DNA of 64,000 nucleotides, from positions 1-64,000 of the forward strand of contig JAVECO010000089.1 of NCBI GenBank assembly GCA_051942205.1, read 5' to 3'. Positions 37,433-50,107 of the stretch are shown here, piece after piece; the first letter of the stretch is position 1; every line of letters starts with the position of its first letter. The position numbers were made by a program, and so were the translations under genes. Below the pieces are notes generated by a model that worked only from the letters and a program-made list of their open reading frames with translations, did no database searches and was not told the origin of the DNA. Source of the DNA: Coniocarpon cinnabarinum (taxonomy: Eukaryota).

Positions 37433-38398
37433 TCACAAAAAGTTCACAGTCTCCCTCTCGCACCATTCAAAAAACTCCGCAGCTCGACCCGTCCCACCTT
37501 CCTCCTCCGTTTTCAGCGCCTGTAACAAGTCCGGCCTTGGACACGGATGCCATCGTCCCCATGGCACGACGTATTTTCCGTTGTCATCGAGCGTCACCTG
37601 CGGGCTCAATCCTGCCCACAGCGCCGTATGCGCTCCGTGATGCTGCGGCCACAACAACAACAACCAAGACGGCCAAGTGACCCACCACGGCTCATGACGC
37701 CACACCAAAGTCCTCAAATTCCCCGGATTCTGTGTGATGCTGATGATGTTTCCATCGGAGTATCGCCGCGCAAACTCGAATGCTAGAAACCAGTTGGCGG
37801 TCTTGGAGTTGACATAGTTGGTCGTGGAATCATTGGGTGGATTGATGATAGTTTGCATGTCGAAGCCGCCTTTCACCGCAGTCTCGACAAGCATAGACGA
37901 GGACCAGATGACGCGGGAAGCGGGGGCGGCTTTGAGCACCGGAAGAAGACATTTTGTGAAGAGGAAGGGGCCAAGTGCATTTGTGCCGATATGGATGCCG
38001 TGGCCGGCTCTGGTGTCGATCGCTGTGGTGGTACCGCCGACGCCAGCATTGTTCCAAAGGACGTCGAGCTATTTTTCTTGACTTAGGAAGGAATCTGCAG
38101 AGGCTTTGATGGTGGACAGGTCACTCAGTTCCAGCTCCAAAAAATCGAGGTCTCCTGGCTCAGCCGCATCCTGGCAAGCTTTCTTGATGTCTTTGATTGC
38201 TACTTCAGCTTTGTCTTTGGTGCGCGCAGTCAGGTAGACTTTGGCACCTGCTCTATAAAGGGCCTTGCACAGCTCGAATCCAATGCCTGAAGTACCTCCC
38301 GTTACTAGGCACACCTTACCCTTCTGAGGCGGCAGGTTGGCTTCGGTAAATTCCGCCTTCGGAGGAAATAGCTGCGTCCAGAAAGAATAGAGCGACAT
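37433..38398 (-). pseudogene. Short-chain dehydrogenase/reductase (retinol-DH/WWOX-like) interrupted by one in-frame TAG
   Basis: MSLYSFWTQLFPP..VCLVTGGTSGIG..FLSQEK*LDVLWNNAGV..GTNALGPFLFT..YVNSK..NPGNLRT. TAG at 38071-38069, with the frame otherwise continuous. Confidence 0.8.
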
Positions 38399-38725
38399 TA
38401 TAATGGCGACGATCAGCACTTATGATGATAGTCTTGTGTGTGAGAATGATAGTAGTCAAAATTGCTATGAAGTTCCTGTGCGAATAGTGACCATATAAGT
38501 GTAAACCTTCCACGAGGGTTACATGAGCTTTTGGCCCCTTCATATGAATTTGATAACCAGCGTTGATTACGTGCATAAATCATCTACAGTAAGACCTAAA
38601 CCTGCACGCGATATCTGAGTAAAACGATCTCTTGGAATGCTGTATGTAAGATCCAAACATCTTAAAGAGGCTCGCGCTATCCTTCGTGACCAAAGCTTCG
38701 CTTCAAGCGTACTCTCCCGTCACCA

Positions 38726-40333
38726 TTACAACAAAGTGATTCCCATGTTCTCGTCCTCAAGCGGCAGGGCGCCTCCAGCCCGCATCTCTCGTCCAACTCT
38801 TTCCACTTCTTCCCAAACCCTCAAAACATTACCACCTGCAACCTTGACCAAATCAGATTCGCTCACGCCGCGCCGCAGCAGCTCGGCCACCAGATGAGGC
38901 AGCTTGCTGACATCTTCAAGGCCTCTAGGAGTGCTCTCGATGCCATCATAGTCCGTGCCAATGCCTACATGATCGTAGCCAATCATTTCTCCGATATGCA
39001 TGATGTGATCAGCTACACGCTCTAGAGTGGCATTCTCAGGGTCTGGCTCTGGCAAGGCACGAGGATCATCCGAGGACGGTGCCTTGCAAGCAATGAAGTC
39101 TGGACTGAAGTTCACCATGACAACGCTGTTTCGCCGCTTGATAAGTGGCAGGATGTCGTCGGGCACGTTTCTTGGGTGGGGACAGAGTGTGTAGGCACTG
39201 CTGTGACTCACGATGGGTGGCGCAGCACTGCCACACCAAGGCTGCTCATCCTCAAACTCAACTCCCTCACGTCCGACAAGAGCATCTCGCAAAGTATCTT
39301 TGCTAACATGCGCGAGGTCGACAATCATCCCCAAGCGATTCATCTCTCGGATAAGAGCTCGCCCGCGTGGCGAGATGCCATGATGCAAGGGAGGTGCCAC
39401 AATGCTGGTGAAATTACTCAAGTATGTCAACACAGCTGCGTCTGCGTAGATATTGTGGCAGTTCCAGGTGAGTGTGGCATATCGGACGCCTAGGGCATGG
39501 TAGAGCCGTAGGATCGAGGGCGAGTTTCCAATTTGATGCTATGCACGGTATCAGAACACGTAGGAGAACCGCGGAATGTTGAGCAATGACCCACCAGTCC
39601 TTCGATACCAAGCGGCGAAATGATACGGCCTTCGCCGAAGTCTTCCCGCGCCGACCGCACATCAGGTGTGAAGCGCACTCCTCTGTCCGACGATGGGAAG
39701 CGATCTGGCCACAGCTGAGCTATGCGATTGTATAATTCCAGCTGTTGAAAAGTAGCCTTTACAACTATACGAAGCGACGTCAACGCCTACAGTCTCTTGA
39801 TCCGCTTGTTGCAGAAACATAGACCTCATTGTGTTGGCTCAGAACAATCGATACATACCTGGGGCGTAGCTCTCATCTGAGAAGTCATCGATATCAGATT
39901 GACAAGTATAGAACGCGCTCCAAAAAGCCCCACCATATCGACCCTCCTTAATTCGGGCAAGGTCCACGTGTCCACTTAGCGAGCCGTTTTCAAAACGCTC
40001 ACGGAAGTCATTCTCATACAATTTGTTCCCGTACTCCAGTCTCAGCCGTATGAGCAAATCGTTATGGCCATCAATCAGCGGGTGTTGCTGCAGAAGGATG
40101 CGAGCTCGTTCTAGTGCCGACCGAGGCGACGTCTTGGGGAAAGGAAACCAAGATCGGTCCAGCTGGCCATAACGCCACTGAAAGCAGACAAGGATGGCTA
40201 CAATGCCAAAACACCACATCACTTGCCATCTTGATCGGTTGCGTGCCGGTCGAGGCTGGTCGGCCGGTGCACGGGATAGCGAAAGCCCATCCTTCTCTGA
40301 AGAAGGATCAAGATAGCGCTTATTGGGGTCCAT
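38726..40333 (-). CDS. Membrane dipeptidase (peptidase M19), type II anchor, multi-exon
   Basis: N-terminal TM, PLIDGHNDL, GHVDLARI, GGAFWS, LGIEG, EMNRLGMIVDLAHVS, SHSSAY..PRNVPD, HVGIGTDYDG, GGNVLRVW. Confidence 0.9.
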
Positions 40334-40785
40334 TTTGCTTATAAATTCTGCCTACGAGTACAGCAACAGAGTGGTTATGGCCATGGAGGTATCGCTCCAC
40401 GCTGAAGGAGTCTTCGACTGCCTTGCTGTGTTATTACGCACGGATCATTATCCCCCGTCGCGGCAAGGATGATAGGCGGTGCTCGACTACACCCAGTTCG
40501 TAACCGATGTTTGGGGCCGCCAAGGAAGAGCCAATATTAGGTACTATCACGACTATCTCCGCAGGACTTTGCGACGCGCGTCCACGTGACTTCTGACATC
40601 ATGGCATGATGCAATGGCCAAAGCTGGAACACGAGTCCGAGAATGACCTTGGTGTGAAGGGAGGTTTCGCAGTGTCTTCTGTCTACAAAGCCGCAGACGA
40701 TTTTAATACACCTGAATTAGATAGCCCAGGCTGAGTGAAGCATCTGCAAAGGCAGACTTGGCATTCGGCTGCTTGAACCGAGATC

Positions 40786-41865
40786 ATGTCTTCTGGAGGC
40801 CCACCTGAAGGTCGCTCGGATGGAAATAAGAACCCGGCTACGGGCGACAGTAAGGAAGACTCTACAGAGCAGCCCCAAGCACCCGAGACTAGCAGCAGAG
40901 ACTCTCAAGCAGCTGGTGGAGGAACCGCAGCAAACCCCCAATTCAATGAGTCTTCCCAAGCGAAGCAAGGTGAAGAGCAACCCACCAAATCTACTCAAAA
41001 GCCAGAGAAGCAAGCTGCCCAGCCTACTGCAGACAAGGAGCAGCAATCACACCCCACGAATCCGACTGATCCCCACGCCGTCCTCCTCTCCGCCTTCTCC
41101 TCCATAACCGGCAACCCCACACCTCGTCTCCCTGAACTCTCCCCAGAAACTCAAGAAAAGCTCTCCACCACCCTCTCCAACCTCACAGGCCAAGCCGACC
41201 CCAGCAAAGTTCTTGATAACCTCCCACCCGACAAAAAAGACTACATCACCCGCACGCTCTCCTCGTTCAACCCTGGAGATCCTGAATCCCGGAACGCCAT
41301 TGTCTCAACCATCTCCTATGTCACTGGCAAGCTCCCACAGGGCGCCGCTGACCAGATAAAAGCTGAGATTGACAAGGCGGCGGCGAGTCCTGGGAATTTT
41401 ATCGATGCGGCGGTAGCGTCGGTCACGGATGCGATCGGTAGCTGGTTTGATGCGGCGGACACGGAGAGGCCTTCAGCTGGCGGCGTGCCGTACAAACCGC
41501 TCGGAGATCTTGACAAGCACGCGCACGATAACACAGTCGTGAGTGCTCTCGGCGGGACGTTGGGCGGGTTGACCAGGACTTTAGGTGGCACTGTGGGTGC
41601 GTTGGGTAGTGGCCTGGGAAACACCGTGACCAATGTGGGTTCAGGTGGGAAGAAGGGACAAGCGCAGGAAGGCCAAACGGAGGGCGAAGGTGGGGATGAA
41701 GGAGCAGAGGCCAAGCCGCAGAAGAAAGGTGTGGGACAGTCAATCAGCGGTGGCGGCCAGAGCATTACGGATGCCACAAATTGGACGGCGAGAGCAATGG
41801 AGAACACGACGAAGGGCTACCCAGTGCAATGGCAGGACCTTACTGGGAACGACCGGCGGCTGTGA
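40786..41865 (+). CDS. Hypothetical hydrophilic, low-complexity protein
   Basis: 359-aa ATG ORF with coding-like composition and a Gly/Thr-rich amphipathic repeat (LGGTLGGLTRTLGGTVGALGSGLG). Confidence 0.65.
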   Translation: MSSGGPPEGRSDGNKNPATGDSKEDSTEQPQAPETSSRDSQAAGGGTAANPQFNESSQAKQGEEQPTKSTQKPEKQAAQPTADKEQQSHPTNPTDPHAVLLSAFSSITGNPTPRLPELSPETQEKLSTTLSNLTGQADPSKVLDNLPPDKKDYITRTLSSFNPGDPESRNAIVSTISYVTGKLPQGAADQIKAEIDKAAASPGNFIDAAVASVTDAIGSWFDAADTERPSAGGVPYKPLGDLDKHAHDNTVVSALGGTLGGLTRTLGGTVGALGSGLGNTVTNVGSGGKKGQAQEGQTEGEGGDEGAEAKPQKKGVGQSISGGGQSITDATNWTARAMENTTKGYPVQWQDLTGNDRRL

Positions 41866-42475
41866 GACAGCAGTGCCATATTGGACGAATCTGATACCCA
41901 TATTTATGATGAGCAATTTAGCAGAGCCTACATATATTATCAGAGGATAACCCTCTACATTGCATGAAACAGTTCTACTCCGTGCCGAGAATCGAGCGCA
42001 TTCACATGTCTGATGTTGCTCTCTTGTGCGACAGAACCACATGTGCGGAAATGCCGGCGCATTCGAACGCAGATATTCACGACTGTCGTGGGCTCCTTGA
42101 AAGAGGCGGTCAACATGAGGCAGGTATTGTACGAAGCCTTTCCGAATGTTTGCGGAGAGTCTCTAGTTTGACGACCCTTACCGCGTGAGAGTACGTGGCT
42201 GTTTGCTGACTATAATGGTACGACCTCCAATAGCATCTGTTGCCGCACAGCTGCTTCCCGGGAGGCGCCCAAAATGTTAACTGGCCATTCCTTCCACGAG
42301 AAACGACTCGTAATAGCGCTATTAGCTGCCTCGACGCCCACCATGTGGCCACTCTCAATTGCATAGCATATGCGCAAGAGCCAGAAGGCGTGTCAAGAGA
42401 TGAAAGTGTCAGAACGGTCAGACAGTTGAGGCTACTGACTTGCTATTCCCATTGGCTCAGTAATGGTGGCTCTAC

Positions 42476-43238
42476 TTAAAAGTCTCGACCTTCAAGCATC
42501 CTCATCAACATGCTCTTCGCCGCTCCAGCGGTATCCAAGCTTGCCCTGAGTTCCTCTACACGAGCTATCCCATGTATCCGCCTTTCTTCCATTCTCGCTA
42601 GACTACTGCCAGCTCCTGCACCACGCCTCTTTCGAGTCGGCGTTGCAATTTGCACAAAGCTTCCCGATTTCCCATCCACGGCTGTCAAGACACCCATGGT
42701 TTCCAAGTTACAGACGACATCGCGGAACTCACTGTAACTCAGGGCCGAGAGCGTGTTCTCTCTCGTGCACAACGTTGCGTAAGCGTCAAAAACTTCGCGG
42801 ACTTTTGGTGCCGAGGTGTTCCCGCGCTTGGTAGGTGTGTCAGGTGTCATTCCGACGCGCTTCTTCGAAGGGGTCGTAGTTGGCGAAGGAAGAAGACCGG
42901 TTCGTGGTTGCGATAAGAGGTCTGACGAGTTGGCATCGAGATGTTGGACTCGCTGGTTGCGCTGCTCCAAAGCATGGAGAGAGCATAGAACAGCTTTTTG
43001 CTGCAGGTTGAGCGAATTAAGGCGGTCTTTGGTGCCGTTGTTGAATGCCGCGGAAGCGATGCGGACAATATGACTGACGCTTGCCCTAGGTGCATTCTCG
43101 GCGTCATAGCGATGCAAGCCAGACAGTTCCTGCTGTGTAGTTTTCGTAGGAGTGCTGGAATTGGAACGTGGCTGGGAAAGATTCGAGTTTTCTCCGAGCG
43201 GTGTCTTCGAGGGACTTGAGTATGGACTGCTCGGGGGT

Positions 43239-43269
<31 letters not shown>

Positions 43270-44566
43270 TCTCTTTCGTCTCCGCTTCGATCACTCTAAT
43301 AGCCTTCACAGCAAGGTCGAATGCTTTTCGCAGGTCTCCGGTTTGCGCTGCAACTTTCTTGGATATTAATTGAATGGCTGTCGGCATCAGCACAGGTGTG
43401 AAGGATTTTTCGACTGACGCATCCTTGCTGAGAAGCATCCGTAGGCGTGAGGTCAGTACGACAGATATATCTTCATGAGAATAAGGTAAAAACGGTAATA
43501 GTTGTGGCTTCGACCCTCGGGCGCGAAGATTGGGCAGAAATCGGTCAGTGAGGTCTAAAGCATTTGCGATGCCCACAAGTATCAGACTCGAGGAAGGATG
43601 GAGAGCCCATTCGAAGACATTGTAAAGCACATTGACATCAAGATTGAGCAGTGCGTCGATCTCATCCAGGATAACGACAAAGGCTTGGTCGTCCTGTCTC
43701 TTCAAAAGCGCTTTTGTCAGAGATTCTTTTGGTCCGTCTTCAAAGAGCCTCCCCGGAAGTTGAAGCTCGTAGAGGAGACCGCTGTACACATCTTGTGCAG
43801 ATTCAAGAGCCATACAGTTGAGGTAGACATGCTTGACATTGTGTGGAAACGTCAGACGTCGCGTTACCTCGCCAATTAAAGCGCTCTTCCCAGTCCCAGG
43901 AGGTCCAGAAACATACAACGCACCACCTTCGCCGTTGGCGATGCGTGAGGAAAGGAAGCTTTGCAGCTCGTCGCGCTCATTGGTTCTGCCAATGATCTGC
44001 CTTGCTTCTTGTTGGTCCGTTGCACTATCAAAGAAGCACTGCTTGGCTCGTTGATAAATCTGTTGAGACCGAGTTGCAGGAGCGTGTGCGTGGTGCGGTG
44101 TACGAGGCGTGCGCGGCGTCAATGGAGCGCCACCTAGCCGCACCTGATGTCGTGGCGTGGTCGGATTACGTTTGGAAAGTGCGTCTCGATGTCGTGGCGT
44201 GCGAGGGCTGACTGTCGGTCGCTCTTTACTTGTTGCATCGGACGCAGTTCGCGCCTGCGTGCGAAGGTGCCGGTTGCTAGGAGAAAGCGAGCCATGGCTA
44301 AGACTCTCGTTTTGTGGGCTCTGGCACTGAAGGTCATCTATCTGCATAGAATCTGTGTCTGAATCGCCGCGTCCATCTTGATAGACCTCGAAGATAGCTT
44401 GACTGGACCTTGCAGCTGTCTTCGTCGCACGCTTGGGCGAAGGCAGATCGCCGACGCCGACGTCTGTGATTGCGACTGTCAGATCACGGCAGGAGCGAGG
44501 CATGGACGTTGCTGACGCACCTAACAGGCAAGCAGAGGCTCGAGTGCGCTTTCCCAACACACTCAT
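42476..44566 (-). CDS. CDC6: Replication licensing AAA+ ATPase Cdc6/Cdc18
   Basis: GALYVSGPPGTGKS (Walker A), VVILDEID (Walker B), LVGIANALDLTDRFLP, GDLRKAFD, many CDK S/TP sites, polyQ at ~43238-43268. Probable in-frame 57-nt intron 44520-44464. Confidence 0.95.
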
Positions 44567-45320
44567 GATGGCAGTCGCAGTCTTGAATTAGTATTGACGG
44601 TAGGAAGCAACACGGGCAGAAGCAGAAGGAAAGCACTGTGTGCGAGTTCAGCAGAAGACGCGACTCGGGTCGTCAACGCGTTGCGACGCGTAGGAAGTGT
44701 TCGCACTAGACTCATCTCGGTCAGAGCAAGGGGCTTTCTGGTATTTTGCGCCACCCTGCCAAGCTTCAACTTTGGCTCGGACTAGCTCCCCGAAAGCGCT
44801 CGTCCTTCACGTCCTTCTAGATCCCTCGGTCTTGCCATCTTTCCATTGGATGCTTCCCTCTATTGCGGCCCCGGTAAAGGAATTTGTTTCAGATCAAGCG
44901 CAATGACCTACAACGACAGCGCTGCTTGCGGCGTCTATACACACAGCCCGCAATTTCATGTCACTATTATTGGTCTCTGTGGGGCTGCTCTCCGCTCAGC
45001 ACAAGCATCCTCGATTATCATTTGTCACCGAAAGCTCGGTGGGTTGACGTGGCAAGCTTCGGCCTTCGACTTTGCACCTCGTGGACTCTGAATCCTTCTG
45101 CATGGATCTGCCGCAATTCGGTATAATGATGCAGTACCCCATGCTGCGCGTGCGTTCCCCGATCTGACACAATAGTACAGTCAACCTATAAAAGGGCCTG
45201 GCTTAGTCTATAGATTGCATTCACACCCGCATCTCCTGGCTTTGACTTGGCATATCTTTGAGTCAAACCCCTTGTTGTTAGCATGTTGATATTGCCGATC
45301 CGCTGGTAGTCGCTGTGATT

Positions 45321-46789
45321 ATGGCCAAGGGCTTCATTACCTTTGCGAATGAGCCTGCATTCACCTTCGTTCACTACGGGCATGACCTAGACTTGAAATA
45401 CCGCCCCGAGGCTCGGAGACACAATTGCCATCGCCGCTCTGTCGAAAGCAATAAACGTCATGAAGATCAGTCAAGGCAGCGACAATTGGAGTGGAGCTCG
45501 TTCCGGCCCCTCCAAGATCCTACCACAAGTTTCGCACGGGACCCCTTTACTACTGGACCTGCGACCCAAGCACGCAGTTTAGAATCAATTTGGCTCTCCA
45601 ACTTCGAGGCCAATTTCTGTCTTCCCTTGGAGTTTTCAATCCGAGGGTATTGTCAAAACCCGGCGGATGTCATCTTGTCGTCTGCTCGATCTAGCCACAC
45701 TACTTTTCAAAACCTGATCACTCTTACCGCCGCTACCGTGCAAGCTCGTCAGGACGTTGGCTGGGAAGAAGAAGTGTACGCAAGACAAGCCATCACCATT
45801 AAAGAATTTGCCAGCGCTATGGATTACTACCAACAAAGTGAATGTGAGCATTCACAGGGACTCTTGCAACTTTTTGTACTGACATAACAAGGCACGCTCT
45901 CACCCAGGAACATCAATGACCTCTACTCGGCTCTTTATTCATTCAGCGCCCCCGTCTTTGGGCGACAGCAAGGCTTCCATGCACTCGTTTCCTCGAGCCT
46001 GACATGCATCTTCGCCAAACACAACCATAATGTCATGCAGCTTCCGACGGTTGAGTGGATTCGCACATTGATGCCACGTCCGGACAAGCGTTTCCAACGG
46101 CCGCAACCTTATCAAAACTTTATGCTTTGGAAGATCAATTGCTTTCTCGATTTCCTGGAAGGAGCTCAACAAGAGTTCTGTGCCCGGTTCGATCAGCGGC
46201 AGAGCTCATATTTTGCCTGTTCGAAGGACGTTTATCAGCTCCTTCGATGTGCTTTCGAGAGCCGACCTGTCCAGGAGCCTTACAAAGGCTTTTATTGGGT
46301 TTGTGTGAATCGTATTCTGCTTGTATTGCTTTCCTATCAGCAAACATTCGCAAAATCCGCAGAACGTACCGATGTCTCTTTTGTGGAGGCTGTGGACAAT
46401 CTGGCGCGAAAATGTTCAGCATTCCCTATGCTGCAAGCCCTGACGGCTTTTTTGTGGGGCTTGTTCTCGCTTGTGGACGGCAAACAGTGGGCGCAAAGGC
46501 AGCAACTGTTCACAGTGCCTCTGAAGGTCAGTATTACTGTCGTGATAGGATGTCATCGTTCTCATACTGATGTTTGGTCTTTAAGGAGTTGCTAGTTGGT
46601 CATGAGTATAACTTCGCACCAGAGATGATGTCCTGGATATTCTTCGACCCTACAGATTCAGAATCACGACTCCCTACACTTTTGGACTTCGGAAATCTTC
46701 GCCAGATATTGAAAGCTCTCTACTCGCCAGGATTGGTCAACGACGATGTCGCAGCATCTGAAATGCCTCAAACCTGTTATTTGGCGTGA
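45321..46789 (+). CDS. Hypothetical fungal protein (possibly transcription-factor-like), 3 exons
   Basis: ORFs 45315, 46035 and 46574 join in frame through introns 45838-45891 and 46527-46585. Start codon uncertain. Confidence 0.55.
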
Positions 46790-46885
46790 CGGAACGAGAG
46801 TACGTAAATTGGCTATGCAAGAAGTACGCACTACTTTGTGGGGCTTACATGAATTTTAAGACCAATTTCAGAATGCTCAAACGAC

Positions 46886-48061
46886 TTAGAAGGGCTGAAT
46901 GCGATCTTGGAAGATTATCAATCCAGCATCTGAATCTCGCTCGCCCTCGATCACACTACGCATCCTCTCAGCGCCGACAGATGCCGGGACTCCCTAAGAA
47001 AGAAACAACGTTAGCTCTGAAGAACAGTAGCAGCGTCAAGGAGAGCCTGAGCATACCCCTATCCCGCGTATGAACTCTGGATCGTTGGCAAGATTAGTAA
47101 TCAGAAGACCAGGAGATACACAAAAAACCTTGACTCCATCCTCTTTGAGTATTCGGGCCCCTGGTTGAGTGCGTTAGCTGCATTGATATTTTGCTGCTCA
47201 AGTTCGGACAACATACACTCCCGCATCATCATGTTCATGCCAGTCTTAGAACTTCGATACGCAGGGGTTGTCCCTCTTCTTTCCTTCGGCCAGCCAGCGG
47301 CGGGAGACCGATTTGGAGGAACATCTGCCGCATCACGAAGCGTCCCTTGAAGCGTCGACAGTCCACTGGTGACGAAAAGAATGCGGGGCGCTTTTGACTG
47401 GAGTAAGAGCGGTACGAAGGTATCAGTCCTAGATTTTGGATGTCAGTCTTCTGAGAGCGCCAAAGCGCTGCGGTGGCGCGCAGCGGCCAGATTTTCGGCT
47501 GACAGAAAAAGTGTTCCGGGAGTCGATGACCATACATGATGTGAGTGCCCGCGGTGTTCGTGTTCCAGTCCCTGTTCCAGCACTCCCTCTGGCTTATCTT
47601 GCCCTCCCACCAGAGGTGTTCATATTGAATGCCTGGAAGCAGTAGTCAGGTCTCAGAGGCTCGGACAAACACTGACGACGAGGTCACACATACCGGCGTT
47701 GTTAACGAGTATATCGATCTTGCCATACTCGGCTTTCACAGTCTCAAAAGCGCTTTGGATTGACTCATCGCTGTCGAGATCAACTTGCACAGGCCTAATC
47801 ACAGTGCGACCTCCGATGGAGGGCTCATTTTCGAGGGCTTTGATCGATTCATTGGCCTTATCCAGCGACCGTGAGCCCATGATGATGTCGTACTCATGCG
47901 GAGAGTTGCGCAGTGCTCGGACCGTCTCCAAACCAAGACCGCCGTCTAATATGAAAATTGTGAGCTCGAGGTTGCCTTCTTAAAAGGCCAACTATGACCT
48001 TGGTGTGGGCTGAATACTGACTGCCGCCCGTAACGAGAACGATTCGTTTGCTGGATGCCAT
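46886..48061 (-). CDS. Short-chain dehydrogenase/reductase, 6 exons
   Basis: Spliced MASSKRIVLVTGGNGGLG..IDILVNNAG..NTNTAGTHIMTDTFVPLLL..ILFVTSG..AYRSSKTGMNM..VSPGLLITNL..IQPF*. Confidence 0.85.
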
Positions 48062-48978
48062 CACTGTTGAGCTTATTCTTTTTCGGCGTTCGAATCTGCA
48101 GATAGTCTGGTCTTTAACTTCCGTTGATAGAAGACCATTTTTGGAGGGTTGTCGAGACGAATATTTATAGATTCGTCAGACGGGTGCAATTCGCCTTCGT
48201 CATCGTCATAGGTCTACCAGGTTCACACGGGACACAGGCTTCCAGTTAGCCAATCTGAATCCTCACTTCAGTCAACCTGGTATAGCGTTTCGTAACCACC
48301 TCCCACTATGTAAGATGCTAAAACGAGGCGGCTATCATGGGCTACCTGATGGCGCAAGGTTCTTGCAGGAGACGTCCATTTCGGGAATGTCATGATCCTC
48401 TTTGGGTAAGGCGTGGATGCTTAGCTGCGAAGGATCTCGGTGCCGACGAGGGAGTTAGGTGGAGAAGGTTGCGATGTCCATTCCTTTCCCCGGGCTCTAT
48501 TCGGGGATACACGGAGAGTCACAGGGGATTGCGGACATAGAAGGAGGAATCGACGTAGATATTAGATAGTAAGAGAAACAGATCTTGACATGGAGATCAA
48601 TGAGCCGTTGAGTTTCACTGTTAGCGTCCGGGTCTTCAAACCACCACATTGCACTTTAGTCACTGCTCCAATCAAGTCCAGTTTACCTATGGAAAACCGT
48701 CGATGCTTTTGGCTCTTGGATGTTACGTGTGCGCATTGCACTGTAATGCATGCTATCAAACGGACCAAAAGCACAACCCACTACACGAGTCGTATCCAGA
48801 CTGGCCTGCGATGAATATCGATGCATGGCTTGCTTTCCGCCTTGCCGCCCCTTTTTAGCGCGTGACGTTTGAGGCTGGCACGCTGGGTGGAGACGAAGCT
48901 GTCGGCTTTGTTTTTGCAGGTGGACTCTAATAGGCTTCCTAGCGCTGCTACCATATACACCAACTTCACTCTGCTGCA

Positions 48979-50107
48979 ATGTCTAAGACCGTTCACGTCA
49001 CGTCGCCGGCTCATTTCAGCCAGATTGTGTCGTCCTCCCATGTCGTCGTCGTCGACTGTGAGTGCTTGGAGCCCCGCTACGCCCCACTTCTCGTCTTCAC
49101 GTGGCATCCTTGTGTGCTCCATGTGAAGGCCGCATGTAGAATTAAATGGCTAATGGACTTCTTTCGAAGTCTATGCAGATTGGTGCGGACCATGCAAGGC
49201 CATCGCGCCCATGTACGAGCAGCTCTCCTCACAACTCAGCCGTGAAAACAAAATCACTTTCACCAAAGTGAACACCGATGAGCAGCAAGAGGTTGCGAGG
49301 TCATTCAACGTTTCTGCGTGCGTGTTCACCTCCTATCCGTCCACTCAATCACCTCCCAGCTGACGCGCCATATCTCGCAACAGTATGCCCACCTTTCTCA
49401 TCCTCAAGTCCGCCCGCGAGACAAAGCGGATACAGGGCGCAAACCCTCAGGCTCTTACAGCCGCTGTCCAATCATTAGCAAGAGAAGCCGAGTCCGTGGA
49501 CTCCGCTGGACCCGCAGCCAACGCATCTTCCTCCGGCGGGACTTGGCTCGGCGCGTCAGTTCCACGTGGCTACAGCGACGTCACGGATCAAGTTGACACC
49601 CGCGGCCTCGACCTTTTGAATCTCGATACCAATACTGGCACTGCACGAACCTTGTTCGAGACAGCACATCCCTCAGAGAAGAGCAAAGACTATGTAGAGA
49701 GCGACACCGATCCACAATTATTACTGTTCATTCCGTTCATGTCGACTCTCAAAGTTCATACGCTTCACATTACTTCGGCCGCGAAACCGGACTCGGATGA
49801 CGTGATGCGTCCCAAGGTCCTGAGAATATATCAAAATACCGCACACAATCTAGGGTTCGACGAAGCAGAAGGCATGCAGCCTGTGCAAGAGATCGAGCTC
49901 CAGAGCAGCGACTGGGATGCGAAGACCAAGACCGTGAAAGCAGAGCTGAGATATGTCAAGTTCCAGAAATGCAGCAGTCTGGTGGTCTTTGTCGTGGATG
50001 GTGACGGCAGCGGAGAGAAGACGAGAGTGGATCGAATACGAGTCGTGGGTGAAACAGGCGAGAAGAGAGATCTGGGGAAATTGGAGAAAATGGGAGAGGA
50101 GAGTTGA
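48979..50107 (+). CDS. Thioredoxin-like protein with PITH domain (Txl1/TXNL1-like)
   Basis: Spliced VVVDFYADWCGPCKAIAP, MPTFLI, and PITH motifs YVESDTDPQLLLFIPF and ELRYVKFQ. Confidence 0.92.

Noticed and set aside
38069..38071. Genome-wide TAG reassignment (alternative genetic code)
   Set aside because: BUD23, MND1, ODC and the short cypB isoform all terminate at TAG at the expected positions.
37433..40333. Secondary-metabolite cluster (GliJ-like dipeptidase + SDR + MFS + ATP-grasp)
   Set aside because: No NRPS/PKS/terpene backbone gene is present, the genes are dispersed, and the dipeptidase has the ordinary membrane-anchored form.
43238..43268. CAG/CAA repeat in CDC6
   Set aside because: Ordinary short polyQ in a disordered insertion.
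45885..45887. Apparent premature TAA splitting ORFs 45315 and 46035
   Set aside because: It lies inside a plausible 54-nt intron (GTGAAT..ACTGAC..AAG, 45838-45891) that preserves the frame.
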